Shown one piece after another: positions 1 to 8,721 of a stretch of DNA of 46,717 nucleotides. The notes beneath the pieces are model-generated. The model made no database searches and had not been told where the DNA came from. It saw only the letters and a program-made list of their open reading frames with translations. Position 1 is the first letter of the stretch. Each line of letters starts with the position of its first letter. Origin of the DNA: Escherichia phage vB_EcoS-IME253; the sequence record NC_047810.1, one strand, 5' to 3'. The translations under genes and the position numbers were made by a program.

Positions 1-33
1 TTCATCGAAACGAAACGAAGAGAGAGAAACAAA

Positions 34-234
34 ATGGCTACTATCTACACTGGAAAATTCTACGAGTCACGCAAAACTGGTTATATTTATGAGTTGCAAA
101 TCACTGAGGATGGTTATGTTTTGGTTGATATCGAAGATTGCACTTACGCATTCGAGGTTAGCCCGACCTACAAGGATGACTTGGAAACTGTTAAAAACGC
201 ATTTGGAGAAAAATTTAATGAGGTATCAGAATAA
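34..234 (+). CDS. hypothetical small protein (66 aa)
   Basis: ORF with ATG at 34 after conserved leader catcgaaacgaa (3-14) and purine-rich stretch. Confidence 0.5.
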   Translation: MATIYTGKFYESRKTGYIYELQITEDGYVLVDIEDCTYAFEVSPTYKDDLETVKNAFGEKFNEVSE

Positions 235-455
235 TGGCAATTTTTACATTTGAGCAACAATGGGAAGCATTCAAGGTAATGGCGGCGGAGGAATTATACA
301 ACGCACATTATAAGCGTGATTTATGGGGTGTTGTGAGTTGCCTGGATATGAGCTTCGAAGAAGACTACCTGAACACTGATATCGAAACATGGCGAGACCG
401 TATGGTTGCTGATATCGAAGAGATGAAAAAAGATTGCCCGGAGGATTTTTTATGA
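234..455 (+). CDS. hypothetical small protein (73 aa)
   Basis: ATG overlaps stop of the upstream ORF (TAATG junction); same strand as neighbours. Confidence 0.5.
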   Translation: MAIFTFEQQWEAFKVMAAEELYNAHYKRDLWGVVSCLDMSFEEDYLNTDIETWRDRMVADIEEMKKDCPEDFL

Positions 456-640
456 TTGGCATCTGCGTAAAAACAAATGGCTTCTTTACACTTCTTGAGG
501 ATTATGAAATTAATTTCGATTCAAATGAAATAACAGTGTTAAGCGATGATGGGTGCTATTGGTTCCTTAGTTATCAAGGTGATGGTTATTACGGTTGCAG
601 AGATTCAGGCGGAAAAGAGGTTAGTTTCTTAGTCGAATAG
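434..640 (+). CDS. hypothetical small protein (68 aa)
   Basis: ORF whose TAG stop is the TAG of the ATAGCAC element at 637. Confidence 0.45.
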   Translation: MPGGFFMIGICVKTNGFFTLLEDYEINFDSNEITVLSDDGCYWFLSYQGDGYYGCRDSGGKEVSFLVE

Positions 641-680
641 CACTTTTTGTTAAAAATCAAATCCATGGATGGATTATATT
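637..680 (+). promoter_or_regulatory. palindrome-plus-hexamer element (copy 1)
   Basis: atagcactttttgttaaaa at 637-655; TATATT at 675-680 after 22-nt spacer; next ATG 711. Confidence 0.45.
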
Positions 681-710
681 AAACACATCAACAACGCAGA
701 GGATTGAGAG

Positions 711-836
711 ATGAAAATTGTAGACAGAGAGATGTTTGAGATCGCACAGATGTACGCAAATGATGCTGTAAAAACTGGCTCTGATTATTGCTGGATGTGC
801 GCTAAAGAATACCTGAAAATGGCCTACGGCTTATGA
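711..836 (+). CDS. hypothetical small protein (41 aa)
   Basis: ATG at 711 preceded by gaggattgagag; ends in ATGA overlap with the next ORF; below the ORF-track size cutoff. Confidence 0.35.
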   Translation: MKIVDREMFEIAQMYANDAVKTGSDYCWMCAKEYLKMAYGL

Positions 837-1075
837 TAGTTAAAACCGGACGCGCGGAAGTATGGGCGCACTGTGGGGAGGCTGGCATTCAGGATGATAT
901 TAAACAAATTTCTCGCTTCTTCGACATAAAAGATATAAGCGTAGTCTATGATGGTAAATTCTCATACGTTGATGAGCGCCCAAGAAAGTACGTAAGAGTT
1001 AAGCCAGGTGTAAGCATAGATGTTAACGAATTCCTGAAATCTCAGGGATGCAAATTTAAGATAACTAAGGCATAA
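833..1075 (+). CDS. hypothetical protein (80 aa)
   Basis: ORF translationally coupled to the upstream small ORF. Confidence 0.45.
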   Translation: MIVKTGRAEVWAHCGEAGIQDDIKQISRFFDIKDISVVYDGKFSYVDERPRKYVRVKPGVSIDVNEFLKSQGCKFKITKA

Positions 1076-1078
1076 ATT

Positions 1079-1330
1079 ATGTTGGGATTGGACTTTCAGC
1101 CAGAGCATTACGATTTAGTTCATGGTCAGAGTGGGGTAAAGTTTAGAGCTATACCTATTGCTGACTGGTTTCCTCCTGATTATGTGGATGTGAACGCAAA
1201 AACTAAAGACGGGAAGTGGGTTCAGATTTACTACTCCCCAGCATGCGGAAACCTTTGCATGACTGACCTTGATAAGAAATTAGCAATTAGTGCGGAAGTT
1301 ATCGACTACTGGTTGAAAGAAGTTGAATGA
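1079..1330 (+). CDS. hypothetical protein (83 aa)
   Basis: ORF in co-directional early block. Confidence 0.45.
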   Translation: MLGLDFQPEHYDLVHGQSGVKFRAIPIADWFPPDYVDVNAKTKDGKWVQIYYSPACGNLCMTDLDKKLAISAEVIDYWLKEVE

Positions 1331-1412
1331 AGAGCCTGATACTAGTAGCATTAGTCCCACTGTTTAGCTTTACTATCTTATACTTTATCGTAATGAATTA
1401 AGGAACTTATAA

Positions 1413-2549
1413 ATGGCAACTGCAAAAATTACCAACGAAGAACTGCGCGAAGAACTGGCAAATGGCATGACAAACAAGGCAATCGCAGAGAAGTACGGCA
1501 TGAACATTCGCAACGTTGAATTGCGTCGCAGTAAGCTGGCGAAGAGTGGAGAATTGCACGGAAACCCAGGCATCAAGAAGCTAGTTCCTGACGGTTATAT
1601 GGTTAAGGGTACGTCAACCATGATTGACGCTGATGGTAACGAGAAGATTAGATGGGTCAAAACCTCAATAGACAATGAGCGCCTTGAGGTTTTAATGGAG
1701 CAAGCTCGCGAGGCATTCTGCTCTGAGTTGCCAAAGGCCACTCCATCTGAATCACCAAATGTTAACTTTGATAATGACACACTTGCGATGTATCCAGTTT
1801 TTGATTTGCACATTGGGGCGATGGCCCACAAACATGAGTGTGGCGAAAACTATGATACAGCAACAGCAGAGAATGTTATGAATGGGTTCTTTGACTACGC
1901 TGTAGATAAGGCGCCAAACTCTAAGAATGCTGTATTGGTATTGGGTGGTGATTTCCTACATTACGATTCCCTAGAGGCTAAAACCCCGGCCTCAGGCCAT
2001 ATCTTAGACTCTGACAGTCGTTACGCTAAGATTGTTTATGTCGCAATCCGGTCAGTTCGTCGTGCGATCTCTCGAATGATGGAGAAGCACCAAGTTATTG
2101 ATATTAAAGTAATAAGTGGAAATCACGACGAAGCAGGGATGGTTTGGCTTCGCGCTGCTATTGCTGCATTTTATGAAGACGAGCCTCGCGTAAATGTTGA
2201 TGTTAGCCCAGCTGCAATGATGATGACAAGCTTTGGAACGACGCTTATTGGATACACTCATGGCCACCAAATGCGGAAAGCCGATACTCGACTAACTGTT
2301 ATGGCAACTGATTTTCGTAAGTTATTTGGTCAAAGTGAGTATGTTTACACACATAGTGGCCACTGGCATTCTCAGAAGATTACAGAAACAAACTTGGGAA
2401 TTGATGAGGTTCATGGGCAGCTGGGAAGTCCTGACGCGTACTCAGCAAATGGCGGCTGGCGCTCTCAACGTCAAGCGGCAGTTATTGTCTACCATAAAGA
2501 ATTCGGTGAAGTTGGCCGCTTCATTTGTCGCCCTAAAATGTTTAGCTAA
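1413..2549 (+). CDS. calcineurin-like metallophosphoesterase with N-terminal HTH-like segment
   Basis: Motifs DLHIG, GGDFLHYD, GNHDE, YTHGH in order typical of metallophosphatases; RBS aaggaa before ATG; TAATAG double stop. Confidence 0.6.
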   Translation: MATAKITNEELREELANGMTNKAIAEKYGMNIRNVELRRSKLAKSGELHGNPGIKKLVPDGYMVKGTSTMIDADGNEKIRWVKTSIDNERLEVLMEQAREAFCSELPKATPSESPNVNFDNDTLAMYPVFDLHIGAMAHKHECGENYDTATAENVMNGFFDYAVDKAPNSKNAVLVLGGDFLHYDSLEAKTPASGHILDSDSRYAKIVYVAIRSVRRAISRMMEKHQVIDIKVISGNHDEAGMVWLRAAIAAFYEDEPRVNVDVSPAAMMMTSFGTTLIGYTHGHQMRKADTRLTVMATDFRKLFGQSEYVYTHSGHWHSQKITETNLGIDEVHGQLGSPDAYSANGGWRSQRQAAVIVYHKEFGEVGRFICRPKMFS

Positions 2550-2593
2550 TAGCACTTTTTGCCTAACCCATGCCGTAGAAATGCGGCATAATT
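2549..2593 (+). promoter_or_regulatory. palindrome-plus-hexamer element (copy 2, degenerate)
   Basis: atagcactttttgcctaa after TAA stop; CATAAT 2588-2593; leader catcgaaacgag; next ATG 2634. Confidence 0.4.
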
Positions 2594-2633
2594 ACCACAT
2601 CGAAACGAGATGAACTAAGCGAGGAAACACAAG

Positions 2634-2810
2634 ATGACCAAGATGATTTATTGCACAAAGAACAACTCCAAGACCCTGCCATTTACAGTTAACCAGCCGT
2701 ACAATGCAGAGTACCAGGGTGATGGATATTACAAGATTTACAGCGACGATATGACGTGGATTTTAGCGCCGATTGAAGGTTCACTGGTTGAATTTATTAT
2801 CGCTGACTAG
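2634..2810 (+). CDS. hypothetical small protein (58 aa)
   Basis: ATG 2634 after conserved leader catcgaaacgag and gaggaaacacaag; followed by terminator. Confidence 0.4.
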   Translation: MTKMIYCTKNNSKTLPFTVNQPYNAEYQGDGYYKIYSDDMTWILAPIEGSLVEFIIAD

Positions 2811-2836
2811 CACAGAAAAAACATAGCGTTACGCAC

Positions 2837-2862
2837 GGGGAGCCTTTGGGCTCCCTTTTTTT
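2837..2862 (+). terminator. rho-independent terminator
   Basis: hairpin gggagcc-tttg-ggctccc followed by T7. Confidence 0.6.
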
Positions 2863-2940
2863 GTGCTTCTTTTACGAGCAGGGCTAATGTATCATTCTTT
2901 TACTAACTTAAACATTGACAAATACATAAAGGTGGATCAC

Positions 2941-3156
2941 ATGAGGGAAGTAATCAACGCCGCTACGGCATCAACTGGCGGTGCTGCGGTAACTGGCGCG
3001 GCAACTGGTCAAATGACTATAGCAATAATCAGCCTTATCGCTCTAATCATTTTTGGAGCTTGGGGTGCTTACTGGAAGTATAAGGATAGCCAGGCAATTC
3101 GACGAGCGCTTGAATCAGGGGATTTAAAGACGGCAATCAAGATAAGGAGCAGGTAA
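2941..3156 (+). CDS. putative holin (pinholin-like, single TMD)
   Basis: ATG 2941 with RBS aaaggtgg; hydrophobic segment TIAIISLIALIIFGAWGAYW; directly upstream of endolysin. Confidence 0.5.
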   Translation: MREVINAATASTGGAAVTGAATGQMTIAIISLIALIIFGAWGAYWKYKDSQAIRRALESGDLKTAIKIRSR

Positions 3157-3642
3157 ATGAAGCAGAAGCTGGTAGTTGGTGCTGCGACCGCTGCGGCAAT
3201 ATACATCGCAGCGCCGCTTATTGAGCTTGTAGAGGGTGTTGAGAATAGGCCTTACATGGACATTGCTGGGGTGAAAACTGTTTGTGCTGGCGTAACTGGT
3301 CCTGACGTAGTTTGGGGTAAGACTTACAGTAACAGGGAGTGCCGGAACCTGCTGGAGAAACACATTCAGATTCATGGGAAGCATGTTCAGGATGCAGTTA
3401 CCTACCCAATTTCACCGCAGACAAGAGCGGCGTTAATCAGCTTTAGCTACAATGTTGGTGGTCATGCTATGAAGAACTCAACAGCAGTTCGACTTATTAA
3501 CCAGGGTAAAGTGGAGCAGGGTTGCAGGGCTCTCGGGGTGTGGAATAAAGCTACCATTAACGGCAAGAAGGTTGTGGTTAAGGGGTTGGTAAATCGCAGG
3601 AATGAGGAGATTAAGTTATGCTTAAGTGGATTGCAGCGTTAG
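3157..3642 (+). CDS. SAR endolysin (phage lysozyme, GH24-like)
   Basis: E-x8-D-x5-T catalytic spacing (E..NRPYMD..GVKT) after a hydrophobic N-terminal signal-anchor; RBS aggag. Confidence 0.7.
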   Translation: MKQKLVVGAATAAAIYIAAPLIELVEGVENRPYMDIAGVKTVCAGVTGPDVVWGKTYSNRECRNLLEKHIQIHGKHVQDAVTYPISPQTRAALISFSYNVGGHAMKNSTAVRLINQGKVEQGCRALGVWNKATINGKKVVVKGLVNRRNEEIKLCLSGLQR

Positions 3643-4007
3643 TAATGTGCGTAGCTTTATCTGGATGTTCAGCAACATCCGCGCTGACCGGATTAATTGG
3701 CAGCAAGCCAGAGATTAGCGCCCAGGCTGGCGCTGAGAACAATAAGGTTGGTGTTGGGTTAACGAACAAGGTTGACTCAAGTAACTCAAGTGAAGCCACG
3801 GTTAAAGATTCTAAGGTTGGGTCACTGGATAGCTCGAGCGGGAAAAAGACTGCTGACAACTCGATTAAGGCCTCAACAATCACTGCTGAAAAGATTGAGA
3901 TCACAAATAACGAATCATCAGCGCTTCCGTGGGTCGGAACAGGAGCAATGGGGTTGCTGGTTCTTATTCTCATGGCATTAATCTTAAGACGTAAAAAAGC
4001 CCCCTAA
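3618..4007 (+). CDS. unimolecular spanin (u-spanin, T1 gp11-like)
   Basis: Lipobox LSGCSA at the N-terminus plus C-terminal TMD LLVLILMALIL; overlaps endolysin 3-prime end. Confidence 0.6.
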   Translation: MLKWIAALVMCVALSGCSATSALTGLIGSKPEISAQAGAENNKVGVGLTNKVDSSNSSEATVKDSKVGSLDSSSGKKTADNSIKASTITAEKIEITNNESSALPWVGTGAMGLLVLILMALILRRKKAP

Positions 4008-4022
4008 TGGGGGCTATATTTT
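3993..4022. terminator. bidirectional rho-independent terminator between convergent genes
   Basis: A-run, hairpin agccccc-taat-gggggct, T-rich run. Confidence 0.6.
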
Positions 4023-4368
4023 AGCTAAATAACTCGTCGTCAGTCATTGTTCCTATATTCATCATCTCTTTTATGTACTTGCTCTGATACCCGCTAAGTG
4101 CCTCGAAATTAAACTCAAATGGCCTTTTCAAACTCCCCTTGCTAACAAACTCACCGCACTTACCATCAATGTAACCCGCGCTAAGCATCTTCGCGCAGAA
4201 CTCCTTTGAAGCAGCACTGCAAAACTCTCTATGCGATAAACCCGATGCCTTGCTGAACCTCTCAGAGTCCTTATGTTGGTATATGAACCGCGCCAAATGC
4301 TGTCGCGTGAAAAAGCTGTAAGATTCGCAGAACTTAAATATATCGAGCATGAACATAATTAACTCCAT
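4021..4368 (-). CDS. hypothetical protein (about 111-115 aa, start uncertain)
   Basis: ORF on minus strand, last gene of the leftward operon before the bidirectional terminator. Confidence 0.4.
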   Translation of the reverse strand: MELIMFMLDIFKFCESYSFFTRQHLARFIYQHKDSERFSKASGLSHREFCSAASKEFCAKMLSAGYIDGKCGEFVSKGSLKRPFEFNFEALSGYQSKYIKEMMNIGTMTDDELFS

Positions 4369-4445
4369 TGCATGCTTAAAACAAATATGACACCAGAAAT
4401 CACCACAAGGAAACCAAACAATATAAGTAGAATGTCAAGCATAAA

Positions 4446-6029
4446 TCACCCCAACAGTCGTGGATTAATGTAAACTTTATCACCAATCAGGCACGTATAG
4501 TTTTTCTCATCAAGCATTGGCAGTAAGTGATCTTTAATCTTTGTCATTACACCAGCCTGAGCTTCGAACGGCTTAACCTTACGAGCCGCTTCATATAGAG
4601 AACGAATACCCACTACTCCTTTACCGTTCTTGCCTTGCTTAATTAGAATATCAATCAGCTTATTCATCTCGGCATTGTCGCCAGCGTGACCAGCGGCGTT
4701 TGCAGATGACAGATAAGTCTTGCTAAGTTCATGGAACATAATTACAGCTTCTTGCATGGTGTCGAGCTCGATCTCTCTGGACTTCTGTGGACTACCGCCA
4801 TTTGGGTTGAACCAGTTGCGCACAGTGTGAAGAACAGCTGCAATCCTTATGGCCTGCTTATCGAACTTACCCAACGCGCCGCGCAACATTGTATGTGAAT
4901 ACTTCCCGCCATCTGCAAGGTGAGGTTCCATCTCCTGACGCGCACGGTTGAGGTATTTCATCGCTGAGTTGCTTACTGTCAACTTAACATCTTGCTCGTT
5001 CATGATCTCATGAACAAGACGGAAGTAGTCGGCCTTCAGGCCACCATCAATTGGCTCGTAAGTTGAATTTCCATTCTCATCAACGAATACACGCTCACCC
5101 AGGAATGACTTTTCACGGACGAGAAGGAAACGCTCCGATACACCGATACCACGTGCGCCAGCGTTCATTATCGCGTTTATTGTCTCGTCCTGCGCAATTA
5201 CAGAGATACAACCCATAGCAACGAAACTCATGTTGTTCTCTGCATTAGCACGCGCGATAGATACGTTACCAGCATCCCATGCCTTGAGTACGAGTTCGCT
5301 GTTCGTTTTCTTCGAGCCGTCACCATAAGTCATGCCAAGCAGTGAGTTCACGCTCGTCGCCTCATCCGAGATGACCGCGAAGTTGCCCTGGCGGTTGTTT
5401 ATTCGCGCAAGACCTTCCGGCGTGGTATCTGATACAGGGAAAACGATATCGCATAGTCTCTCGAGCTTTTCCTCAAGTTCCTCCTTTTCCTCAAAGAGAG
5501 ACGCCATCTCTGATGGAGATTTTTCCTGCTTCATCTCTTTTGATAACGCAGATAGTTTGGCCATAATCTTTTTACGCTCATGCTTTCGCACTTCATTAAG
5601 CCGCTCAGTCTCAGCAATCATTGGAGCAATTGAAAGTGAGTTAATTGCTGATTTACCAGTCGATGGTGGCTGGCTTGTCACGACATAAAGAGAAGTAGGC
5701 TGCTGAGTTCCATGATACTCAACTGTAAATCGGCCTAGCATCGCAGCGGAAATACACCCCAGAAAGTGCATATAAGCTGACGACTCAGGGAACTGAACGG
5801 AACGGGCAATATTGGCTGACAGCTTACCAACAACATCAATGTCATTACCGAGTGAGATTACTGGATACTTGTCATTTGCAGCATCAATCTCGACAGGTGC
5901 TTTCCAGAATGATTGAGACTGGCGATAGCCATTGGCATTAATGGCGACGCGCAGGGGCGGGAGGTTGTCCGCGGCTGCAATTGCCATAACCTGTTCAACA
6001 GATAGTTTATCTTCGTTGAAATCAAACAT
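4446..6029 (-). CDS. large hypothetical protein (527 aa) with P-loop-like STGKS segment and coiled-coil region
   Basis: Long ORF with RBS aaggag; N- and C-terminal segments homologous to the 174-aa product of 8721..9245. Confidence 0.6.
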   Translation of the reverse strand: MFDFNEDKLSVEQVMAIAAADNLPPLRVAINANGYRQSQSFWKAPVEIDAANDKYPVISLGNDIDVVGKLSANIARSVQFPESSAYMHFLGCISAAMLGRFTVEYHGTQQPTSLYVVTSQPPSTGKSAINSLSIAPMIAETERLNEVRKHERKKIMAKLSALSKEMKQEKSPSEMASLFEEKEELEEKLERLCDIVFPVSDTTPEGLARINNRQGNFAVISDEATSVNSLLGMTYGDGSKKTNSELVLKAWDAGNVSIARANAENNMSFVAMGCISVIAQDETINAIMNAGARGIGVSERFLLVREKSFLGERVFVDENGNSTYEPIDGGLKADYFRLVHEIMNEQDVKLTVSNSAMKYLNRARQEMEPHLADGGKYSHTMLRGALGKFDKQAIRIAAVLHTVRNWFNPNGGSPQKSREIELDTMQEAVIMFHELSKTYLSSANAAGHAGDNAEMNKLIDILIKQGKNGKGVVGIRSLYEAARKVKPFEAQAGVMTKIKDHLLPMLDEKNYTCLIGDKVYINPRLLG

Positions 6030-6098
6030 TACTTTTACTCCTTATTGGTGCGCCAATGTTAACGCACCTATATTAAATCCGATTGTCGATAAATTCCA

Positions 6099-6326
6099 TT
6101 AATACATTGAAAGCAAAACATAGCCAGGAAGATAAGATGAAACATCTGCTATATGTAAAACTTCCTTGATGACAATCCTTCCTGTGTATTCGCCATCTTC
6201 AAACTCTTTAAGTATTAGCTTGTCTCCTATAGAGAAATTTCTATCATTTTTTCTAAGTTCAGCTAACTTAAGGCCAGCCTCAACTGGTTCGAAATGGATT
6301 GGCGATATCTTTAGCTCATGAATCAT
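6099..6326 (-). CDS. small protein, possibly ASCH/PUA-like fold
   Basis: 75-aa ORF with RBS gagg; weak resemblance to ASCH-like small proteins (ELKI..FE.V..G.K..E.RKNDR). Confidence 0.35.
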   Translation of the reverse strand: MIHELKISPIHFEPVEAGLKLAELRKNDRNFSIGDKLILKEFEDGEYTGRIVIKEVLHIADVSSYLPGYVLLSMY

Positions 6327-6676
6327 TTGTATTGCGCCTCAAATAGGTAGTCACCGCAAACTGTAACAAAGCCAACCTCTTCGTCACGATATAGCTGCCA
6401 GGCGCTACCCTCTTTATCGTAAATGTATCCAGCGCACTGTCCAAGCCCGGCATGGAGATCTACTTGATACCGCTTCCCTTCAGTAAAGTATTTTCTAATA
6501 GATGAGCGATGATTGACCTTTGTGCAATAAATTGTCTTGGTCTTAATATACTTGCCGCGCTCTTCCAGGTTAATCCATTTTCCATCTTTCTTGATTTGCT
6601 CTACACCATCTTTAATGCGAGCTTTGTATAATACGTTTTCGTTGCTGATCCAGTTTTTAGTAATTGTAGTAGTCAT
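6323..6676 (-). CDS. hypothetical protein (117 aa from ATG 6676)
   Basis: ORF track start at 6700 is a GTG; ATG at 6676 is preceded by caacgaagagag, like other genes here. Confidence 0.45.
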   Translation of the reverse strand: MTTTITKNWISNENVLYKARIKDGVEQIKKDGKWINLEERGKYIKTKTIYCTKVNHRSSIRKYFTEGKRYQVDLHAGLGQCAGYIYDKEGSAWQLYRDEEVGFVTVCGDYLFEAQYK

Positions 6677-6863
6677 TTTTTTACTCTCTTCGTTGTCCAC
6701 ATGAATTTGTTAGGTACTAATTTGCGCACGATGCGCACTACAATCTTATCAAACTTCTGAACTAAGCTGTAAATCTTCCCATTAAGTGATGCTCGGTACA
6801 CTGCCTCTTCCATTGCGTCGTAAAAGTTGTCGAACCTTTCTTATCTCCCATTTCGATGGAAAG

Positions 6864-6907
6864 ATAATACCGCATCCTTGCGGAAATGCTTTAGCAATTA
6901 GTGCTAT
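6864..6907 (-). promoter_or_regulatory. palindrome-plus-hexamer element (copy 3, minus orientation)
   Basis: rc atagcactaattgctaa at 6891-6907; rc TATTAT at 6864-6869 (22-nt spacer); rc catcgaaa leader 6851-6859. Confidence 0.45.
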
Positions 6908-7052
6908 TTCGTGCTTTTTCTATAGCCTTGAGCATAATTTCATGACTTTCTAGCAAGTCCTCGCGGAACCAGTCTCCGCAAGGCCAACCCTTACCGCTGT
7001 AAGCTGCGATGGTGCAAAGATCGTAATAGTTAATATCTGATGGCAGAAGCAT
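6891..7052 (-). CDS. hypothetical small protein (53 aa)
   Basis: Hand-translated minus-strand ORF; ATGA overlap with upstream gene; TAA stop lies inside the palindromic element. Confidence 0.3.
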   Translation of the reverse strand: MLLPSDINYYDLCTIAAYSGKGWPCGDWFREDLLESHEIMLKAIEKARNSTNC

Positions 7053-7291
7053 CACTTCACCTCATCAAAAGTTGCAAGTCCAGGTATGAGCATCCCAATC
7101 TTCCAGCCAGCGATGGCAATCCATCCAGAATCGTGCTTGTGAGGTCGCTCAGCGCCATTAATCAACCATTCGTTCGGGATTACCTTCCCGTTAATGATTA
7201 GAGGCTCAGCGTCGTATACAGAGCCTTTTACGAATGGTGTTAGTACTTTCTTGTCGGTACTTGTAATAACGTTTGTACAGCGAATTTTCAT
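7052..7291 (-). CDS. hypothetical protein (79 aa)
   Basis: ORF with RBS gaggattgagat before ATG at 7291. Confidence 0.45.
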   Translation of the reverse strand: MKIRCTNVITSTDKKVLTPFVKGSVYDAEPLIINGKVIPNEWLINGAERPHKHDSGWIAIAGWKIGMLIPGLATFDEVK

Positions 7292-7301
7292 ATCTCAATC
7301 C

Positions 7302-7478
7302 TCAAAATGGAATGCAGTGATTACAACCTTCACCACTACAACAGAAATCTTCATCCTCTGACTGGAAATGCCTGGCAAGATCTATGTCTAACTTTCCGCG
7401 CACCACAAGGTCGGTGTAATCCTCGTTAAGCCCAATCAGTGAGCATTCGTGACGCAGCTTATCTTTATCAATCTTCAT
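7302..7478 (-). CDS. small Cys-rich protein (58 aa; CC..C..C at C-terminus)
   Basis: Hand-translated minus-strand ORF; RBS ggggaaagga; first gene downstream of the reverse-oriented element at 7509-7553. Confidence 0.35.
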   Translation of the reverse strand: MKIDKDKLRHECSLIGLNEDYTDLVVRGKLDIDLARHFQSEDEDFCCSGEGCNHCIPF

Positions 7479-7508
7479 TCCTTTCCCCTCGTTGTTGATG
7501 ATGAGCTA

Positions 7509-7553
7509 ACTATAGCTTCATTACCTCAGTATGCCTTTAGCAAAAAGTGCTAT
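7509..7553 (-). promoter_or_regulatory. palindrome-plus-hexamer element (copy 4, minus orientation)
   Basis: rc atagcactttttgctaaa at 7536-7553; rc TATAGT at 7509-7514 (23-nt spacer); leader rc catcatcaacaacgagg. Confidence 0.45.
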
Positions 7554-7779
7554 TCGTTAGATTTATTGATTGTTGCGGATATTGCAATTATTACAATGAT
7601 TATTGCACATTCAGCAATATTGCTTCAGATGAAATGATGTCTTTGATTGTTGCGAAAAGTGAAATGGAGTGGCGAGTGAGTGAATGAAAGAGTGATGGAC
7701 TACCATACAAGTTTATTTTGATTCTGGCCGAGCCATTCCTGAGCTGACGCGTAATTGTGCGTAACTCATGTATAGGGCC

Positions 7780-7916
7780 TGTATACTGTGTAACGATTTG
7801 GCATAAGCATACGCGGCATACGCATTTTTACGCATTAGTTACAATAAAATATCTATATATAACAACCCTTTATCTATATTATTATTATTATATATATCTA
7901 TGTATACTGTGTAACG
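7780..7916. repeat. pair of 16-bp direct repeats tgtatactgtgtaacg flanking the AT-rich core
   Basis: Identical 16-mers at 7780-7795 and 7901-7916; region also rich in GTAAC/GTTAC and GCGTAA/TTACGC pentamers. Confidence 0.55.
7827..7916. repeat. AT-rich 90-bp repeat, copy A (core ttattattattattatatatat)
   Basis: About 85 percent identical by eye to 36941..37030; sits in a 545-bp non-coding divergent region. Confidence 0.6.
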
Positions 7917-8184
7917 GCTATCTAGGGGCGGCATCTGTCAAATTTGATAATATTGCCCACTAATATATAAGGGAGCCATTCCGCCAGGATAATAGGGCCA
8001 TATGCAGACAATCACCATTCAGTATGCGTTACACGATATACTGCCTACTTACATTAGGCGCAGCTAGGCCTCCAGGGCAAAAATGTTTCCAGGCCTGTTT
8101 TTTACATGTGATTACTATTGACTTACGCGTTAACTACCATCATAATAGCCTCACTTAAACGCAGCAACCAAATGAGGTAACGAG

Positions 8185-8721
8185 ATGAATAAGGTAACTT
8201 TAGGTGATGTAATTCGTGAGATGGTCCGCCAGGCGATTAAGTCCGACAAGAAACTATGTGTAGTTCCAGTTCGAAAGATATTCAACATGGTCAACGGGTA
8301 TGATTATCCGGATGAAATCATCGACGAGGAAACTGGAGAGTTCAAAACGCCTGGTCGTGAAATCGCAGGCCTGAAAAGTTCATACATCTATAACACCGCC
8401 GCAAGAATGCAGGAGCTTCGCGATATTGATATGCACGTAAAGCATCGCTTTATCTGGCTGGCGTCAGGCGAGGAAACGGTAGCGCGCAAGGTTGATGGCG
8501 ATGGCGCGGACAAGAACCTTCTGATCCAGCTTGAGCCTGGTGCTCTTAAGCCGACAAAGCGTAAGACTGCAGATATTGAGAAAGAGGCAGCCACCATTGA
8601 AAGGTTTAAGTCACGACTACTCAAGATCGCGCCGAATATTATAGACCTGCAAGGCGAACAAAAAGAAGGCGCGCTTATTGCCCTGGCACGCTACTATGAA
8701 ATGATTAAGGAGGCTAACTGA
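8185..8721 (+). CDS. hypothetical protein (178 aa)
   Basis: First rightward gene after the AT-rich divergent region; RBS gagg. Confidence 0.5.
   Translation: MNKVTLGDVIREMVRQAIKSDKKLCVVPVRKIFNMVNGYDYPDEIIDEETGEFKTPGREIAGLKSSYIYNTAARMQELRDIDMHVKHRFIWLASGEETVARKVDGDGADKNLLIQLEPGALKPTKRKTADIEKEAATIERFKSRLLKIAPNIIDLQGEQKEGALIALARYYEMIKEAN

Noticed and set aside
7449-7963. ORF-track entries 7449..7637 and 7757..7963 (the latter with a YYYYY run)
   Set aside because: They lie in the AT-rich divergent region; the tyrosine run is translation of (TTA)n/(TAT)n simple sequence; no RBS and overlap with regulatory repeats.
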